Shown: in pieces, positions 19,576 through 29,012 of the stretch
Layout of the letters: every line of letters starts with the position of its first letter
Numbering within the stretch: position 1 is the first letter of the stretch
Virus record (IMG/VR): IMGVR_UViG_2907408351_000001
Coordinates: 2,863 to 66,862 of that record
Source: a virus
Lineage: Duplodnaviria > Caudoviricetes
Reading direction: 5' to 3' (one strand)
Length of the DNA stretch: 64,000 bases
Made by a program: the position numbers and the translations under genes
Notes under the pieces: generated by a model
Told to the model about the DNA's origin: nothing
Databases searched by the model: none
Seen by the model: the letters and a program-made list of their open reading frames with translations, nothing else

Positions 19576-20129
19576 TGACCGACTTGAATCCAAATCCGAT
19601 CGTTTGCGATAAGTGTAAGGAGTTCCTCGGACAGATCGCACGGGTGTTTCCATCCTTGGAAAACCTCCAAGATGAAAAATACATGAAGTCCTTAGACCTC
19701 AAGTATTTGGGAGGGGATAAGTTCTCCGGCGATCCGATCACGTCTATTGCAGTTTGGCCTGGAAAAAGTAATGCTCTTCTTCACTTAAATGAGTATCAAT
19801 TCTGCTGTCCGATGCACCCGAATTGTTCCCATGAATACGAATACGTGAGCGTTGAAGGCATTGATGGAATAGATTTAAGTGAAATTGAGGAAATCTTCAG
19901 ACAGGGAAAAATCAGGGACGCAAAGGAAAGAATCAGGATCGACGACCGATACGCGGAAAACGTAGAAGCCAATGAGGAAAGAATCCGACTTGAAAGAAAA
20001 TTTGGTCCGATATGGAAAGCCGATCTATATTCAATCGGGATCTGGGAGGAACCGACGTGTTGCTACGAACCTGAATCTGATTTGTGGCTCGCTGAATATA
20101 TCGATTGGAAACTTACAAACACACTTTAA
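19575..20129 (+). CDS. minor head (MuF-like) protein, C-terminal part
   Basis: VCDKC and PMHPNCSH motifs. Confidence 0.55.
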   Translation: MTDLNPNPIVCDKCKEFLGQIARVFPSLENLQDEKYMKSLDLKYLGGDKFSGDPITSIAVWPGKSNALLHLNEYQFCCPMHPNCSHEYEYVSVEGIDGIDLSEIEEIFRQGKIRDAKERIRIDDRYAENVEANEERIRLERKFGPIWKADLYSIGIWEEPTCCYEPESDLWLAEYIDWKLTNTL

Positions 20130-20356
20130 CTGGAAACGTACGAAAATACATTCCTTGGAATCGCGATACGAATCGCGGAGGTTACGGCTTTATCACCGGG
20201 AATGACGGAATAGAATATTTCTTTAACGCAAAGTATTCTTTTCTCCCCGAAACGGAAATCAAGGAAGGAAAAGAAGTTAAATTCTCACTTCGCAAAGGAT
20301 TCGACAAAAAGCGTGGAGAGTTCGTTTTGCAAGCAACGAAAGTTTCCAAACCGTGA
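20105..20356 (+). CDS. cold-shock (OB-fold) domain protein
   Basis: GNVRKY..RGGYGFI..G.EYFF....GKEVKF..QATKV. Confidence 0.8.
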   Translation: METYKHTLTGNVRKYIPWNRDTNRGGYGFITGNDGIEYFFNAKYSFLPETEIKEGKEVKFSLRKGFDKKRGEFVLQATKVSKP

Positions 20357-21471
20357 GGAAATCCGGCCAAGGTGGAGTAACACCTTTTTCAATCACAACC
20401 AAACCCAATATTCTTACTCCCTTAACGAATGAAGATCTCTTAGAGAGAAGAGGGGAGTCTGCTCTTTGGTACAGACTTTCACCTTGCCCCTGTCCGGCGG
20501 AAGAAAGAATTCCGAATTGCAAGTTTTGTTTAGAGGGACTCGTTCGCACATTCCAGGAAGACCTACTAATACAGGAGGAAACGGCTTGGAAAATAGTCGG
20601 TAATAAAGTTTTCACTCGCTTTGCCCCAATTACGAAAATTGAAAGTGCAGTTCTATTTTCGAGAGAAACTCAAAAACCGCTCACGGTCAAACGAATACAC
20701 GAAGAATTCTTTGAAGTCGAGGAGAATCTAAAATATTGGAATTCAGTTTTATTAAAATACAAAGTCTCTCTCGTTGAAGAATTGTATGTGGAAGCAGAGG
20801 GAAAAAACGAATACGTTCTTTTCCCAAAAATTCCTTTCGGCGCGATCATTGGAGTCGCTCAAGTTTTTAAAATTCCGGATTCCGAAAAAGAAGAACCCAT
20901 TTCAGTAGAATTTAGCGGATTTACTCTTAACTCCGTAATTTTTCCGAGAAGAGTCAATGGAAAACACAGACTCAAAGTTTTATTATACAATCCGGTAAAG
21001 ATCGGATACAAAACGTATCGAGTAGATCCGGATTCGAGGAAAATTTTTGACCGTAGTCAGATCACCTTCCAGGAAGGGGAGCTTATGGGAGTTCTTGGAG
21101 GTGGTTACAATATGGGAGAAGGTGATATTATCACACTTCTTATTTCAACACTCAGGCATTCCGAATTTATTTCCTATCAAAACAAAGTTTTTGATGTCGT
21201 TTCCTATTCTCCAATCGCCTCCGTTGATCGAATTATCTCTAAAGGAAAGAATGGTTTCGTAACTTACAAAGAGGGGGAAGACTTTTTAATCTTTGGGGAC
21301 TCAAAAATCCAGTGGTTGTCCGATAAACCAAAAAACGGCTACACTATTATTTACGATTATCATCCAACATTTCGAGTCACAGGCTTTATCGAAGGCGGTA
21401 GCGGAGAGGATCGGGACAAACCCAAACTTTTCAAAATGAAGCCTCTCGCAAACTTCAACGGAAGACAGTGA
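20353..21471 (+). CDS. virion neck/head-closure-type protein (putative)
   Basis: W..SPCPC..PNCKFC motif, beta-rich, within the morphogenesis region. Confidence 0.45.
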   Translation: MRKSGQGGVTPFSITTKPNILTPLTNEDLLERRGESALWYRLSPCPCPAEERIPNCKFCLEGLVRTFQEDLLIQEETAWKIVGNKVFTRFAPITKIESAVLFSRETQKPLTVKRIHEEFFEVEENLKYWNSVLLKYKVSLVEELYVEAEGKNEYVLFPKIPFGAIIGVAQVFKIPDSEKEEPISVEFSGFTLNSVIFPRRVNGKHRLKVLLYNPVKIGYKTYRVDPDSRKIFDRSQITFQEGELMGVLGGGYNMGEGDIITLLISTLRHSEFISYQNKVFDVVSYSPIASVDRIISKGKNGFVTYKEGEDFLIFGDSKIQWLSDKPKNGYTIIYDYHPTFRVTGFIEGGSGEDRDKPKLFKMKPLANFNGRQ

Positions 21472-21484
21472 ATGAAAATAAGCG

Positions 21485-22000
21485 ATGAAAAAAGGAAGTA
21501 ATATGGAATCTATTTCGAATATCTTTAGTTGGTTGTCTTCTTCGTTTAGAACGAACCCTTTGACAAAAAAAATAAACGAGTTTCTTTTCTATTTTGAAAG
21601 AACGGACCGTTACAAAATTCTTTCATATCGTGCGTCCGTCCTGATTCAGATTATAAAACTCCATCTTGTCCTTTTTAAGTATTTGTTAGGTATGCTTTCC
21701 TTGGCTTGGTTCACTTGGAAAAACAAAGTTAAATTTAGAACGGAGCCTGTCGGGCAAATTATTGTATTACACTACAATTCAGAAACTCACAAACCCGAAG
21801 ACTTCGTATCCAAACTGGAAAGAAACGTAGCAATTCCATTTAAAACCTTACACGGATACATTCCAGTCATTCTGATTTTACCTTTCGGAGCAACGATTCA
21901 AGCCGGAAGCTGGGACGGTTTTGTAAAATCACTCGACAGGGACCAAAGAAGAGAAAATCAAGAGGCCCTTTATAAATACCGAGAGGATTATAAAATGTAA
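21485..22000 (+). CDS. hypothetical protein
   Basis: 171-aa ORF. Confidence 0.55.
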   Translation: MKKGSNMESISNIFSWLSSSFRTNPLTKKINEFLFYFERTDRYKILSYRASVLIQIIKLHLVLFKYLLGMLSLAWFTWKNKVKFRTEPVGQIIVLHYNSETHKPEDFVSKLERNVAIPFKTLHGYIPVILILPFGATIQAGSWDGFVKSLDRDQRRENQEALYKYREDYKM

Positions 22001-22029
22001 AAAAACGTTACGAAGAGGAACTTTTCAAA

Positions 22030-24741
22030 ATGGAGATTCTGACCTCAGAGGATATCACACCTGAAATCGCAGAAACGATCTTAGACAAGATTCATCTGTC
22101 GATGACGAAAGCAAATCCTCATTGGCAAGAATGGGTGATGGGAGAGGAGGAACCCTGGTATGAAGGTGAAATAAACTCACTTTCCAGAAAAGGACTAATA
22201 ACGGTTCTTCGCTCTTCCGAAAAAGAACTCTCTCGTGATGCAATGATTGCTCTTTCAAAAGAGTTTAAGTCCCTTGGAGTTACATTTCTTTCTTCTTACT
22301 TAAAAAACCGCGCAGAAATTGTCGAAGTATCCGATCCTTCGGGTCCTGAAGAGAAGGAAGTCGATGAAACTCAAAAATCAAGTCTCGAATTACGAACTTC
22401 TAACATTTTAAAATCAGAACCCACCCCGTCACAAATCAAAGCAGGGAACTATAAAAAAACTCACGTAAGGATTCAAGGGATCGAGATATCAATTGAGAAC
22501 CGGAAAGGTTCCTACAGGTCCGGGGTTGATGAAAATGGAAAGCCTTGGAGAAACCAAATCAAGTTTGATTACGGTTATATCAAAAGAACACAAGGGGCGG
22601 ACGGGGATCATGTAGACGTATTCATCGGCCCGGACCCGGATTCACAAATTGTATTTGTCGTGAATCAAAAAAACAAGGATGGGTCTTTCGACGAACATAA
22701 AGTAATGCTTGGTTTTCACGACGAAAAGTCTGCAAAACAAGGGTATCTTGTAAATTATAAAACGAGCTGGTATGGATTTGGTTCGATCGTCGCTTTAACC
22801 CTACCTCAATTTAAGGAGTGGCTTTCAACAAAGGCTACGAAAAAGGAATTAAAAAGTCCGAAGCTTGAATTCTTAAAATCAAAACTTGCAGGGATGCAAA
22901 AGCCGAGGGAAGAATTTTCAACACTATCCCAAAAAGCAAATCAGTTACGAACAGTTTTAGTCGGCGGTTCCTTTTTGGAAGAAAAGGGTCTTCATTTTAT
23001 CCAAAAATCGGGAAATGCGGCCGAGTTAATAAAGAAGCGAATTGTAGTTCATGGAAAACACGGAAACTATGTTTCGACGAGGCGTGTAAGACCGGAAGGA
23101 ATTTCGGATAATGAATTCAGTTTAAAACAAGAATCGGCGGCAAGATTTAGACCAAAAAAATACTCCGATCGCCCAATTTACAAACTCACGCCCGATGACA
23201 GAGATCATGGAAAATTAATCGATCATATAAAGAAAACACTCCTGAGTCAAGGTCTGGATTCGAGGGCTAAAGAATTTGTTGACCTTGCCTATATTTCAGA
23301 CACCCACCAAGATATTTTAGACATCGCTTCGGATTTCGTGGATCTTCGAGGGGAGTTAAAGGAATCAAAGTTATCCGAAGACGAACAAGGCTTGTTCAAA
23401 ACAATGCTTCTTTCGGTTCAAGAACCGCTTGAAAAGTTAATATTCATTTTAAAAGGAAGGGGCCGTCCTCCGGCACAGTTAGGAACTAAGGCGGTTTGGA
23501 AAGATGGTATCACCCGCGAAAAAACTTCTAATGGTTGGAAGCCTGTAAAAAAAGAAAAGCAAGAGAAAGAAGAGGTCACAACTAAGAAAAGGCGAATCAG
23601 GATAACAAATCCTTCTAAAGATAGAGGTTCGGCGCAAAACGGATCACTACCAACAAAACTTCCATTCAACCAAATCCGCACGATTGAACAATACACTGCG
23701 AAAAAAGATTTCGATCGAAATCAAATCAATTCTTTAAAACAGAAAATCAAAGACGGCGGTTATGATCCTGGATTTCCCATTATCGTCGATATACAAGACG
23801 GGAAATGGACGGTAGTAGCAGGTCATCATAGATACGAAGCCGTAAAAGAACTGATTGAAGAGGGACAGCTTTCTTCCAATTTTGAAATACCGGTTGTTCC
23901 TAAAGAGTTTGCATCCAGTAACGATCGTCTTGCTTCACAACTCTCCGAGAATCAAAGAAGAAGCGTATTGCCGACCGATGAAGCCAAAGCCTACGGGAAG
24001 ATGGTAGAGGACGGCTGGGATGCGAAGAAAATTTCTGAAAAATTAGGAATCACGATCGGAGAAGTAAACAAAAGATTGGCACTGAATAATCTTTCTCCGG
24101 ATCTTTTTGCACTCGTTCACAAAAAAGACAGATCTCTTCCGTTGGGAGTCGCAGAAGTCATCGGACTTTTTGCAAAGGATGTAAACGACAAGCCGAACGC
24201 AACGATGCAAATCAGGGCATACAAATGGTTTGTAGAAAACCGTTCAAAGTATCCAGGTCGAGGACCGTCTGTCGTTCAAAACTACATAAAAGAATTACAA
24301 TCCGGTCAGTTTGATAATTTTGATTTCGATTCCGTAGCTACGGATATTCAAAGGGAAGCTCTTCGAACTGTCTCTATGGAAACAGCGGCGACAAACCGTA
24401 AGATGTTGGAAGTGATGATGGATTCTTTATCCAAAACCTATCAGCGTGTCCTAGGTGACAACGTGACTTCCTTATCTCCTCAAACAATCAAAGAGTTTGC
24501 GGCGTCTATCGCTGTTTCGGCGGACAAGGGGGTCGGTTCTTCTTCCGTAATCGGAAGACTGAACGTAATTATTCAAGATTTATCCATCATTAAAGATTCT
24601 CTTCAATTAAAACTGAAAGAGATCGAGGACGACTCAAGTATGCCGATGATGTTTGCAAAATCGTTTCTTTTGGATATGGACGAGGCAATTTCTAAGGCAA
24701 TTCAAATCAAAGAAGCCTACTCTAAAGAGGTGTTGAAATAA
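22030..24741 (+). CDS. polyvalent protein: inorganic-pyrophosphatase-like domain plus ParB domain
   Basis: PTPSQIKAGNYKK..IEN.KGS.RSG..DYGYI..T.GADGDHVDVF..FDEHKVMLGF; VVAGHHRYEA..SENQRR. Confidence 0.8.
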   Translation: MEILTSEDITPEIAETILDKIHLSMTKANPHWQEWVMGEEEPWYEGEINSLSRKGLITVLRSSEKELSRDAMIALSKEFKSLGVTFLSSYLKNRAEIVEVSDPSGPEEKEVDETQKSSLELRTSNILKSEPTPSQIKAGNYKKTHVRIQGIEISIENRKGSYRSGVDENGKPWRNQIKFDYGYIKRTQGADGDHVDVFIGPDPDSQIVFVVNQKNKDGSFDEHKVMLGFHDEKSAKQGYLVNYKTSWYGFGSIVALTLPQFKEWLSTKATKKELKSPKLEFLKSKLAGMQKPREEFSTLSQKANQLRTVLVGGSFLEEKGLHFIQKSGNAAELIKKRIVVHGKHGNYVSTRRVRPEGISDNEFSLKQESAARFRPKKYSDRPIYKLTPDDRDHGKLIDHIKKTLLSQGLDSRAKEFVDLAYISDTHQDILDIASDFVDLRGELKESKLSEDEQGLFKTMLLSVQEPLEKLIFILKGRGRPPAQLGTKAVWKDGITREKTSNGWKPVKKEKQEKEEVTTKKRRIRITNPSKDRGSAQNGSLPTKLPFNQIRTIEQYTAKKDFDRNQINSLKQKIKDGGYDPGFPIIVDIQDGKWTVVAGHHRYEAVKELIEEGQLSSNFEIPVVPKEFASSNDRLASQLSENQRRSVLPTDEAKAYGKMVEDGWDAKKISEKLGITIGEVNKRLALNNLSPDLFALVHKKDRSLPLGVAEVIGLFAKDVNDKPNATMQIRAYKWFVENRSKYPGRGPSVVQNYIKELQSGQFDNFDFDSVATDIQREALRTVSMETAATNRKMLEVMMDSLSKTYQRVLGDNVTSLSPQTIKEFAASIAVSADKGVGSSSVIGRLNVIIQDLSIIKDSLQLKLKEIEDDSSMPMMFAKSFLLDMDEAISKAIQIKEAYSKEVLK

Positions 24742-24757
24742 AATATGGAAGGTAATT

Positions 24758-24982
24758 TTGAAAAATCAAGAACCGTTTAGACATCATCCGGAAGTGCTCC
24801 AATTTCGAGCATTGATAACAGAAGGTCTATTTTTTCATGCGCTGTCACAGCGATCCTTTGATGAGATCATGACCGCAATTGACAAGGTGTATGTCGATCG
24901 GGATAGTCTAGTACGCTTTTTACAAAAGCGAGAATTGGTCGGTGATTTTGAAAGAGAAATCCAATTCGGGGATCTGGATTAA
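24758..24982 (+). CDS. hypothetical protein
   Basis: 74-aa ORF with GGAAGG SD. Confidence 0.55.
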   Translation: MKNQEPFRHHPEVLQFRALITEGLFFHALSQRSFDEIMTAIDKVYVDRDSLVRFLQKRELVGDFEREIQFGDLD

Positions 24983-25113
24983 GAATTGGGCTTTAGATCA
25001 TATTTTGTATCTCTTAATCCCAAAAACGCATATATAAACGAGAAGAGCCAAAATCGCGAAGACCACCCAACCGGAAACGGTTCCAATTACAGTATAAATC
25101 AAGATCAGAAATA

Positions 25114-25404
25114 TCAGGTCTGTTTCCAAACTTTCTTACCTTGGGAACCAATTGAAGATTTGGAGTAAATAAACAATACAAATACAAACCCAATGAAACC
25201 GGCGTTTAGAACCAAAACAGATCCATTGCCGGTTCCTCTTTCAAAAGAAAGAGCAAAGAATGGGAATCCGTTAAACCAGTGCGACCAATGATTTCGAATC
25301 ACAAGCCGCCAACCTTCGTTATCAATCAAAGTCTTTGAAGAAAATCGCGAAGCCTTAATTCGCCAAAAAAAGAGGTCTATTCGATTTCGGATTCTAGATT
25401 TCAT
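25114..25404 (-). CDS. hypothetical protein
   Basis: 96-aa ORF closing the minus-strand operon. Confidence 0.45.
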   Translation of the reverse strand: MKSRIRNRIDLFFWRIKASRFSSKTLIDNEGWRLVIRNHWSHWFNGFPFFALSFERGTGNGSVLVLNAGFIGFVFVLFIYSKSSIGSQGKKVWKQT

Positions 25405-25409
25405 TTTCT

Positions 25410-25745
25410 TTAGCCTGTGAGTTGACTTTCCAGAGCCTTAGCTTTTGACAGAAGGTCGGCAACGATATTCGATACGATCTCCACAACTTTTGGAATATCT
25501 GATTCAACACTGAATTTTCCATACGCGTATTGAGTGAGTTGGTGAAAGATCAATTCCTTGTTACTTTCCGGAAAGTTTTTCGCCATTTCATTTGATTTTA
25601 CAAGCAATGCCTTAATCAAAATATTTGCTTCGTTTGCCGCTTCGCTTGGCTCTTTCCCTTTGTTTATACCTAAGCCAGTGAGTTGGCTCAATTGTTGAAA
25701 AATAAGTTGTTGGTTCATACTGCTTCCTCCGCAACATCCAGACAT
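25410..25745 (-). CDS. hypothetical helical protein with N-terminal GCCGG
   Basis: 111-aa ORF; internal repeat QLIFQQLSQ / ELIFHQLTQ. Confidence 0.65.
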   Translation of the reverse strand: MSGCCGGSSMNQQLIFQQLSQLTGLGINKGKEPSEAANEANILIKALLVKSNEMAKNFPESNKELIFHQLTQYAYGKFSVESDIPKVVEIVSNIVADLLSKAKALESQLTG

Positions 25746-25753
25746 TTTTTAAT

Positions 25754-25921
25754 TTACCATTTTCCGACAGGACATGATTCCCGTTTTAACTTCGTTTTCA
25801 GCCTAACAAAACAATGACATACTGAGCATCGTTCTCCAAAAAATTCTTTTAACAATAAGGGACACGTAAGACAGGTTCCCATTCTTTTTTCTGAAAAATC
25901 AGCATTTTTCTTCTCAACCAT
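25754..25921 (-). CDS. 55-aa Cys-rich (Zn-binding-like) protein, absent from the ORF track
   Basis: Hand translation MVEKKNADFSEKRMGTCLTCPLLLKEFFGERCSVCHCFVRLKTKLKRESCPVGKW; fills the gap between neighbours. Confidence 0.75.
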   Translation of the reverse strand: MVEKKNADFSEKRMGTCLTCPLLLKEFFGERCSVCHCFVRLKTKLKRESCPVGKW

Positions 25922-25927
25922 AATTGA

Positions 25928-26374
25928 CTAACTCCAGAATCTTCCGTGAACGGTATATTGAGATACCAAGGTCCAAGTAAAGAATTCATATTTATAAATT
26001 TTATAACGAGTAAACCAATTCGAAATATGACAAGTGTTGCAAGTATTGATACAGCATGTACTCGTACAGCACGGTTTAAAAACGCTTCCACCAACCCAAC
26101 ATAGCCCTATTGCATTGCTTTGAGAATATCCTGCCGGACACTTAGGACAATCAAACCAGGGTCCAAGATTGTAACAGCTATTGTTCCCACCGCATTGACC
26201 GCAATCGGTAACGTTTCCACCTTGATCGATATGTGCATCTACTACGTGCCAAACGTCGCCGATCGAATAGGAACCTTTTGGAAAAACATCGTAACGATCC
26301 TGTCCTAAATTCCCCACCCAGTGACCACCAGCTCCAGAAACGGGAGAAGATGGGCCACTGGGTGGGGTTATGCG
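25928..26374 (-). CDS. Cys-rich domain, probably translated as a -1 frameshift extension of the upstream gene
   Basis: Frame is open back through the slippery site; 12 Cys; the annotated GTG start is buried in a hairpin. Confidence 0.7.
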   Translation of the reverse strand, partial: RITPPSGPSSPVSGAGGHWVGNLGQDRYDVFPKGSYSIGDVWHVVDAHIDQGGNVTDCGQCGGNNSCYNLGPWFDCPKCPAGYSQSNAIGLCWVGGSVFKPCCTSTCCINTCNTCHISNWFTRYKIYKYEFFTWTLVSQYTVHGRFWS

Positions 26375-26397
26375 AAAGGGAGCCAGGTACCTCCTCC
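26312..26397 (-). promoter_or_regulatory. -1 programmed ribosomal frameshift signal
   Basis: GGAGGAGG, 9 nt, C_CCT_TTC, 6 nt, then a 15-bp GC-rich stem. Confidence 0.8.
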
Positions 26398-27153
26398 ATC
26401 CTTACTCCAATAGGCAAAGTTTCCTTGCGTCCTGACTTGAAACTTTGCGTTGTCAAATCCAGGTGAGGAAGTAGTCCTTAAAAAATCTTTCGATTCTAAA
26501 TGTTGAAATAGCCAATTGATTGCATCGGCAAGGGAGGTTCGGTCTCCAATGCCGGGATCTAACTGAACTTCCACTCCAATTAAACCGGGATCATAGACCG
26601 GTAAAATCCGGTTGAGGTTTGTAATGGGTTCTCCGATGCTATTTTTCTTAAAAGATAAAAGTCCGATTCTTCCCGTGGTCGGAGTCGGAAGTCCTTGAGT
26701 ATTTACCCACTGTTCAAAGAGACTAGTTCGGTATGTTTTACGAGTCGGTCTTACTTGTGGTTGAAATCTTTGAGTCGTTGTATTCCAAAGAGGAACAGCC
26801 GAAGAATCGGTAAGAGCTTCTTCGAGTTCGATTTCATAAATTCCTTCTAAAGAACCGGAATTAGGGGTTAAGGTTACGGGCGGAAAGATATAGACTGCGT
26901 GGGGTCGAATGTAAAGACCGCTTCCAACCTGAATCGTTTGATTATCAAGTGTAGAAACTGAAAAACCAATCGCGGTATCTGAATTTCTTCCGATAGTCGC
27001 AAGTATCGCACTTAAAACGGCTGGAATTGCAGAATGTTCTGATTCGGCCCCCGAAAGTCGATTGAAATCGTTTGCCGTAACTTTTTGAAGTAAACTCTGA
27101 TAATATACTTTTACTTCGTTATCCGTTAAAGGAATTTTTAATTCGTTAGCCAT
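26368..27153 (-). CDS. baseplate-associated/tail fibre attachment protein
   Basis: Follows the J-like and I-like wedge genes; start at MANELK. Confidence 0.55.
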   Translation of the reverse strand: MANELKIPLTDNEVKVYYQSLLQKVTANDFNRLSGAESEHSAIPAVLSAILATIGRNSDTAIGFSVSTLDNQTIQVGSGLYIRPHAVYIFPPVTLTPNSGSLEGIYEIELEEALTDSSAVPLWNTTTQRFQPQVRPTRKTYRTSLFEQWVNTQGLPTPTTGRIGLLSFKKNSIGEPITNLNRILPVYDPGLIGVEVQLDPGIGDRTSLADAINWLFQHLESKDFLRTTSSPGFDNAKFQVRTQGNFAYWSKDGGGTWLPFA

Positions 27154-27745
27154 CTGTTTCCCCTGCAAACGCGGCAACGCCCGCCGCAAGAATTCGATTG
27201 AGTTCGGTGAGTTGTAAGTCGGATAACTTGCTTATATCATTGGTGAGAACGTACGTCGCGCCCCTGTCCGGCGTGACAATTGATGAAACGGCTTTGGTAT
27301 CGGGTCCGGGAAGAATGAGGCCGAGATCGCTTGCGGATACATCGGTTGCAAAACCTAACTCATCTGGGCGAAGAATTGAAAAATCCGGTTTGGGAAATAT
27401 CTCTGCAATTTTTGGAATTGTAGGTTCATTTGAAAGAACGTAACCGATGATATATCCGACAAATTCGGAATCATCCATTCCCGCAGGTCGTGGAATTCCA
27501 AGTAACGCAGACCACTTTTCTAAAAAGTGTTGTTCGGCTCCTGAAAGAACGGCGCTCTTGACTGCAAGATCTTGAAACCTAAGATGCCACTCTACTGAAT
27601 TGTAAATTGCTCCGACATTGATATCGTTTATATTCGAAACGGGACTTAGTTCAGGTCTGGAAGGATCTCCGAACAATTCTTTAAAGATTGGATCGGTTTC
27701 ATTAAATTGAGGGAGTCCATCCAGTAATTTGTTTTCATGTGGCAT
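27146..27745 (-). CDS. baseplate wedge protein (gpI-like)
   Basis: FLEKWSALLGIPR..MDDSEF motif; follows the J-like gene. Confidence 0.65.
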   Translation of the reverse strand: MPHENKLLDGLPQFNETDPIFKELFGDPSRPELSPVSNINDINVGAIYNSVEWHLRFQDLAVKSAVLSGAEQHFLEKWSALLGIPRPAGMDDSEFVGYIIGYVLSNEPTIPKIAEIFPKPDFSILRPDELGFATDVSASDLGLILPGPDTKAVSSIVTPDRGATYVLTNDISKLSDLQLTELNRILAAGVAAFAGETDG

Positions 27746-27746
27746 A

Positions 27747-28943
27747 CTAAGACGGCTCCACACGAGTCACGGTCCCTGAAGTGATTCCTCCGGAAGATCC
27801 TCCGGTTCTTGGAAGATCAATGGAAGGAACGGAAATATCACTTGGAGTGGGAAGTGGGAAAGGAACTGGATCGGATGCGAGTTTCCCATAAAACTCGATT
27901 ATGCTTACTTTGTAAAAGTCCGGATGCGCTTTTAGAATTGTTCCTTCTACTTGTTTTAGTAAAACATCAAATCCTACGGGTAAGGTGTTTAAGTAAAGGG
28001 TGAGTTGATTCTTCGCTATATCTAAGGCTTGTTCGTTCGAAAGTTGGGATCCGTTTTGAATTTGAAGATCGAATTTAACTGTAATTCCGAGAACTGGAAT
28101 TCTAAATACTGCAACAAAGGTACCTGCGGCCGCAAATCCAGGAAAGTTTTCAGGATCGTTTAAATCTCCTTCAATGGTCTTTTGAACAAGATTAAGAAGG
28201 CTCTCTGGAGGATTTGATGTACCATCTGAGATATACAGATTGATCCAACCGATTTCAAAAGCACCGGAATACGGATTCACGTTAGTCGTTAATTGAATTC
28301 CTGCAACACCTGGGATAGAAGTTGCGGCGGTATAGATCCCAAGAGGAGTAGAGCGACCTAGAGAAACGATAAAGTTACGAAAACGACGAAGCCTATTTTC
28401 TTCGCTTTCAATGTTTGTTCCACCTGCGAAATCACTCGGATTCCAGATCCTTGTATTCGGTGGAACTTGAACATTTAAAGTACCAAGACCTTCTTGGGTA
28501 TCAATGGAAAGCCTCGTTATGTTATAATCTTTTCCGGGGTTCTTTGCTCTGATTTCGATTTCAACGGAAGTTTCACCAACGGGAAGCGTAACGGGTGCGA
28601 TTGACTCATAAAGAAGACCAAAGAGATCGAGTGTAAAGACTGGGATCGTTACGGGAGTTGTGTGACCCGAATGTTCGATTCGAAGAACTCCGATTGATTT
28701 TAGGCCGGGTAACCTCGTAAAACCAAAGGCGTTATAGACCCCTTCTCTGATTGAGTATTCAAATCCGTTAAGAGTTCTTAAATCTCCCTCTGCAAGAACG
28801 GAAGCAATCGTCGCTATCCAGGTTGAGATCCTGGATCCGGGACTAAAGTTTGAAAGTCTAGAACCGCTAGCAAGTAAGCTATTTTGTTGAGCTGTCTTGT
28901 ATTCGAGTGCCGTTTTTGGAATGTAAGGAGCGGGAGAACCCAT
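27747..28943 (-). CDS. baseplate J/gp47-like protein
   Basis: NFSPGS, FGFTR, GGTNIESEENRLRRF..SLGRST. Confidence 0.88.
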   Translation of the reverse strand: MGSPAPYIPKTALEYKTAQQNSLLASGSRLSNFSPGSRISTWIATIASVLAEGDLRTLNGFEYSIREGVYNAFGFTRLPGLKSIGVLRIEHSGHTTPVTIPVFTLDLFGLLYESIAPVTLPVGETSVEIEIRAKNPGKDYNITRLSIDTQEGLGTLNVQVPPNTRIWNPSDFAGGTNIESEENRLRRFRNFIVSLGRSTPLGIYTAATSIPGVAGIQLTTNVNPYSGAFEIGWINLYISDGTSNPPESLLNLVQKTIEGDLNDPENFPGFAAAGTFVAVFRIPVLGITVKFDLQIQNGSQLSNEQALDIAKNQLTLYLNTLPVGFDVLLKQVEGTILKAHPDFYKVSIIEFYGKLASDPVPFPLPTPSDISVPSIDLPRTGGSSGGITSGTVTRVEPS

Positions 28944-29012
28944 TCCTGAAAACGTAACTCGAATTCAAAAATCGGAAATCCGATAGGCTGAAAGATTCTA
29001 TTATCTCAATCG
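28944..29012. promoter_or_regulatory. back-to-back divergent CCGAT-N14-TAnnnT late promoters
   Basis: ATCGGaaatCCGAT at 28971-28984; TACGTT 7 nt before ATG 28943 (-) and TATTAT 8 nt before ATG 29013 (+). Confidence 0.7.
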
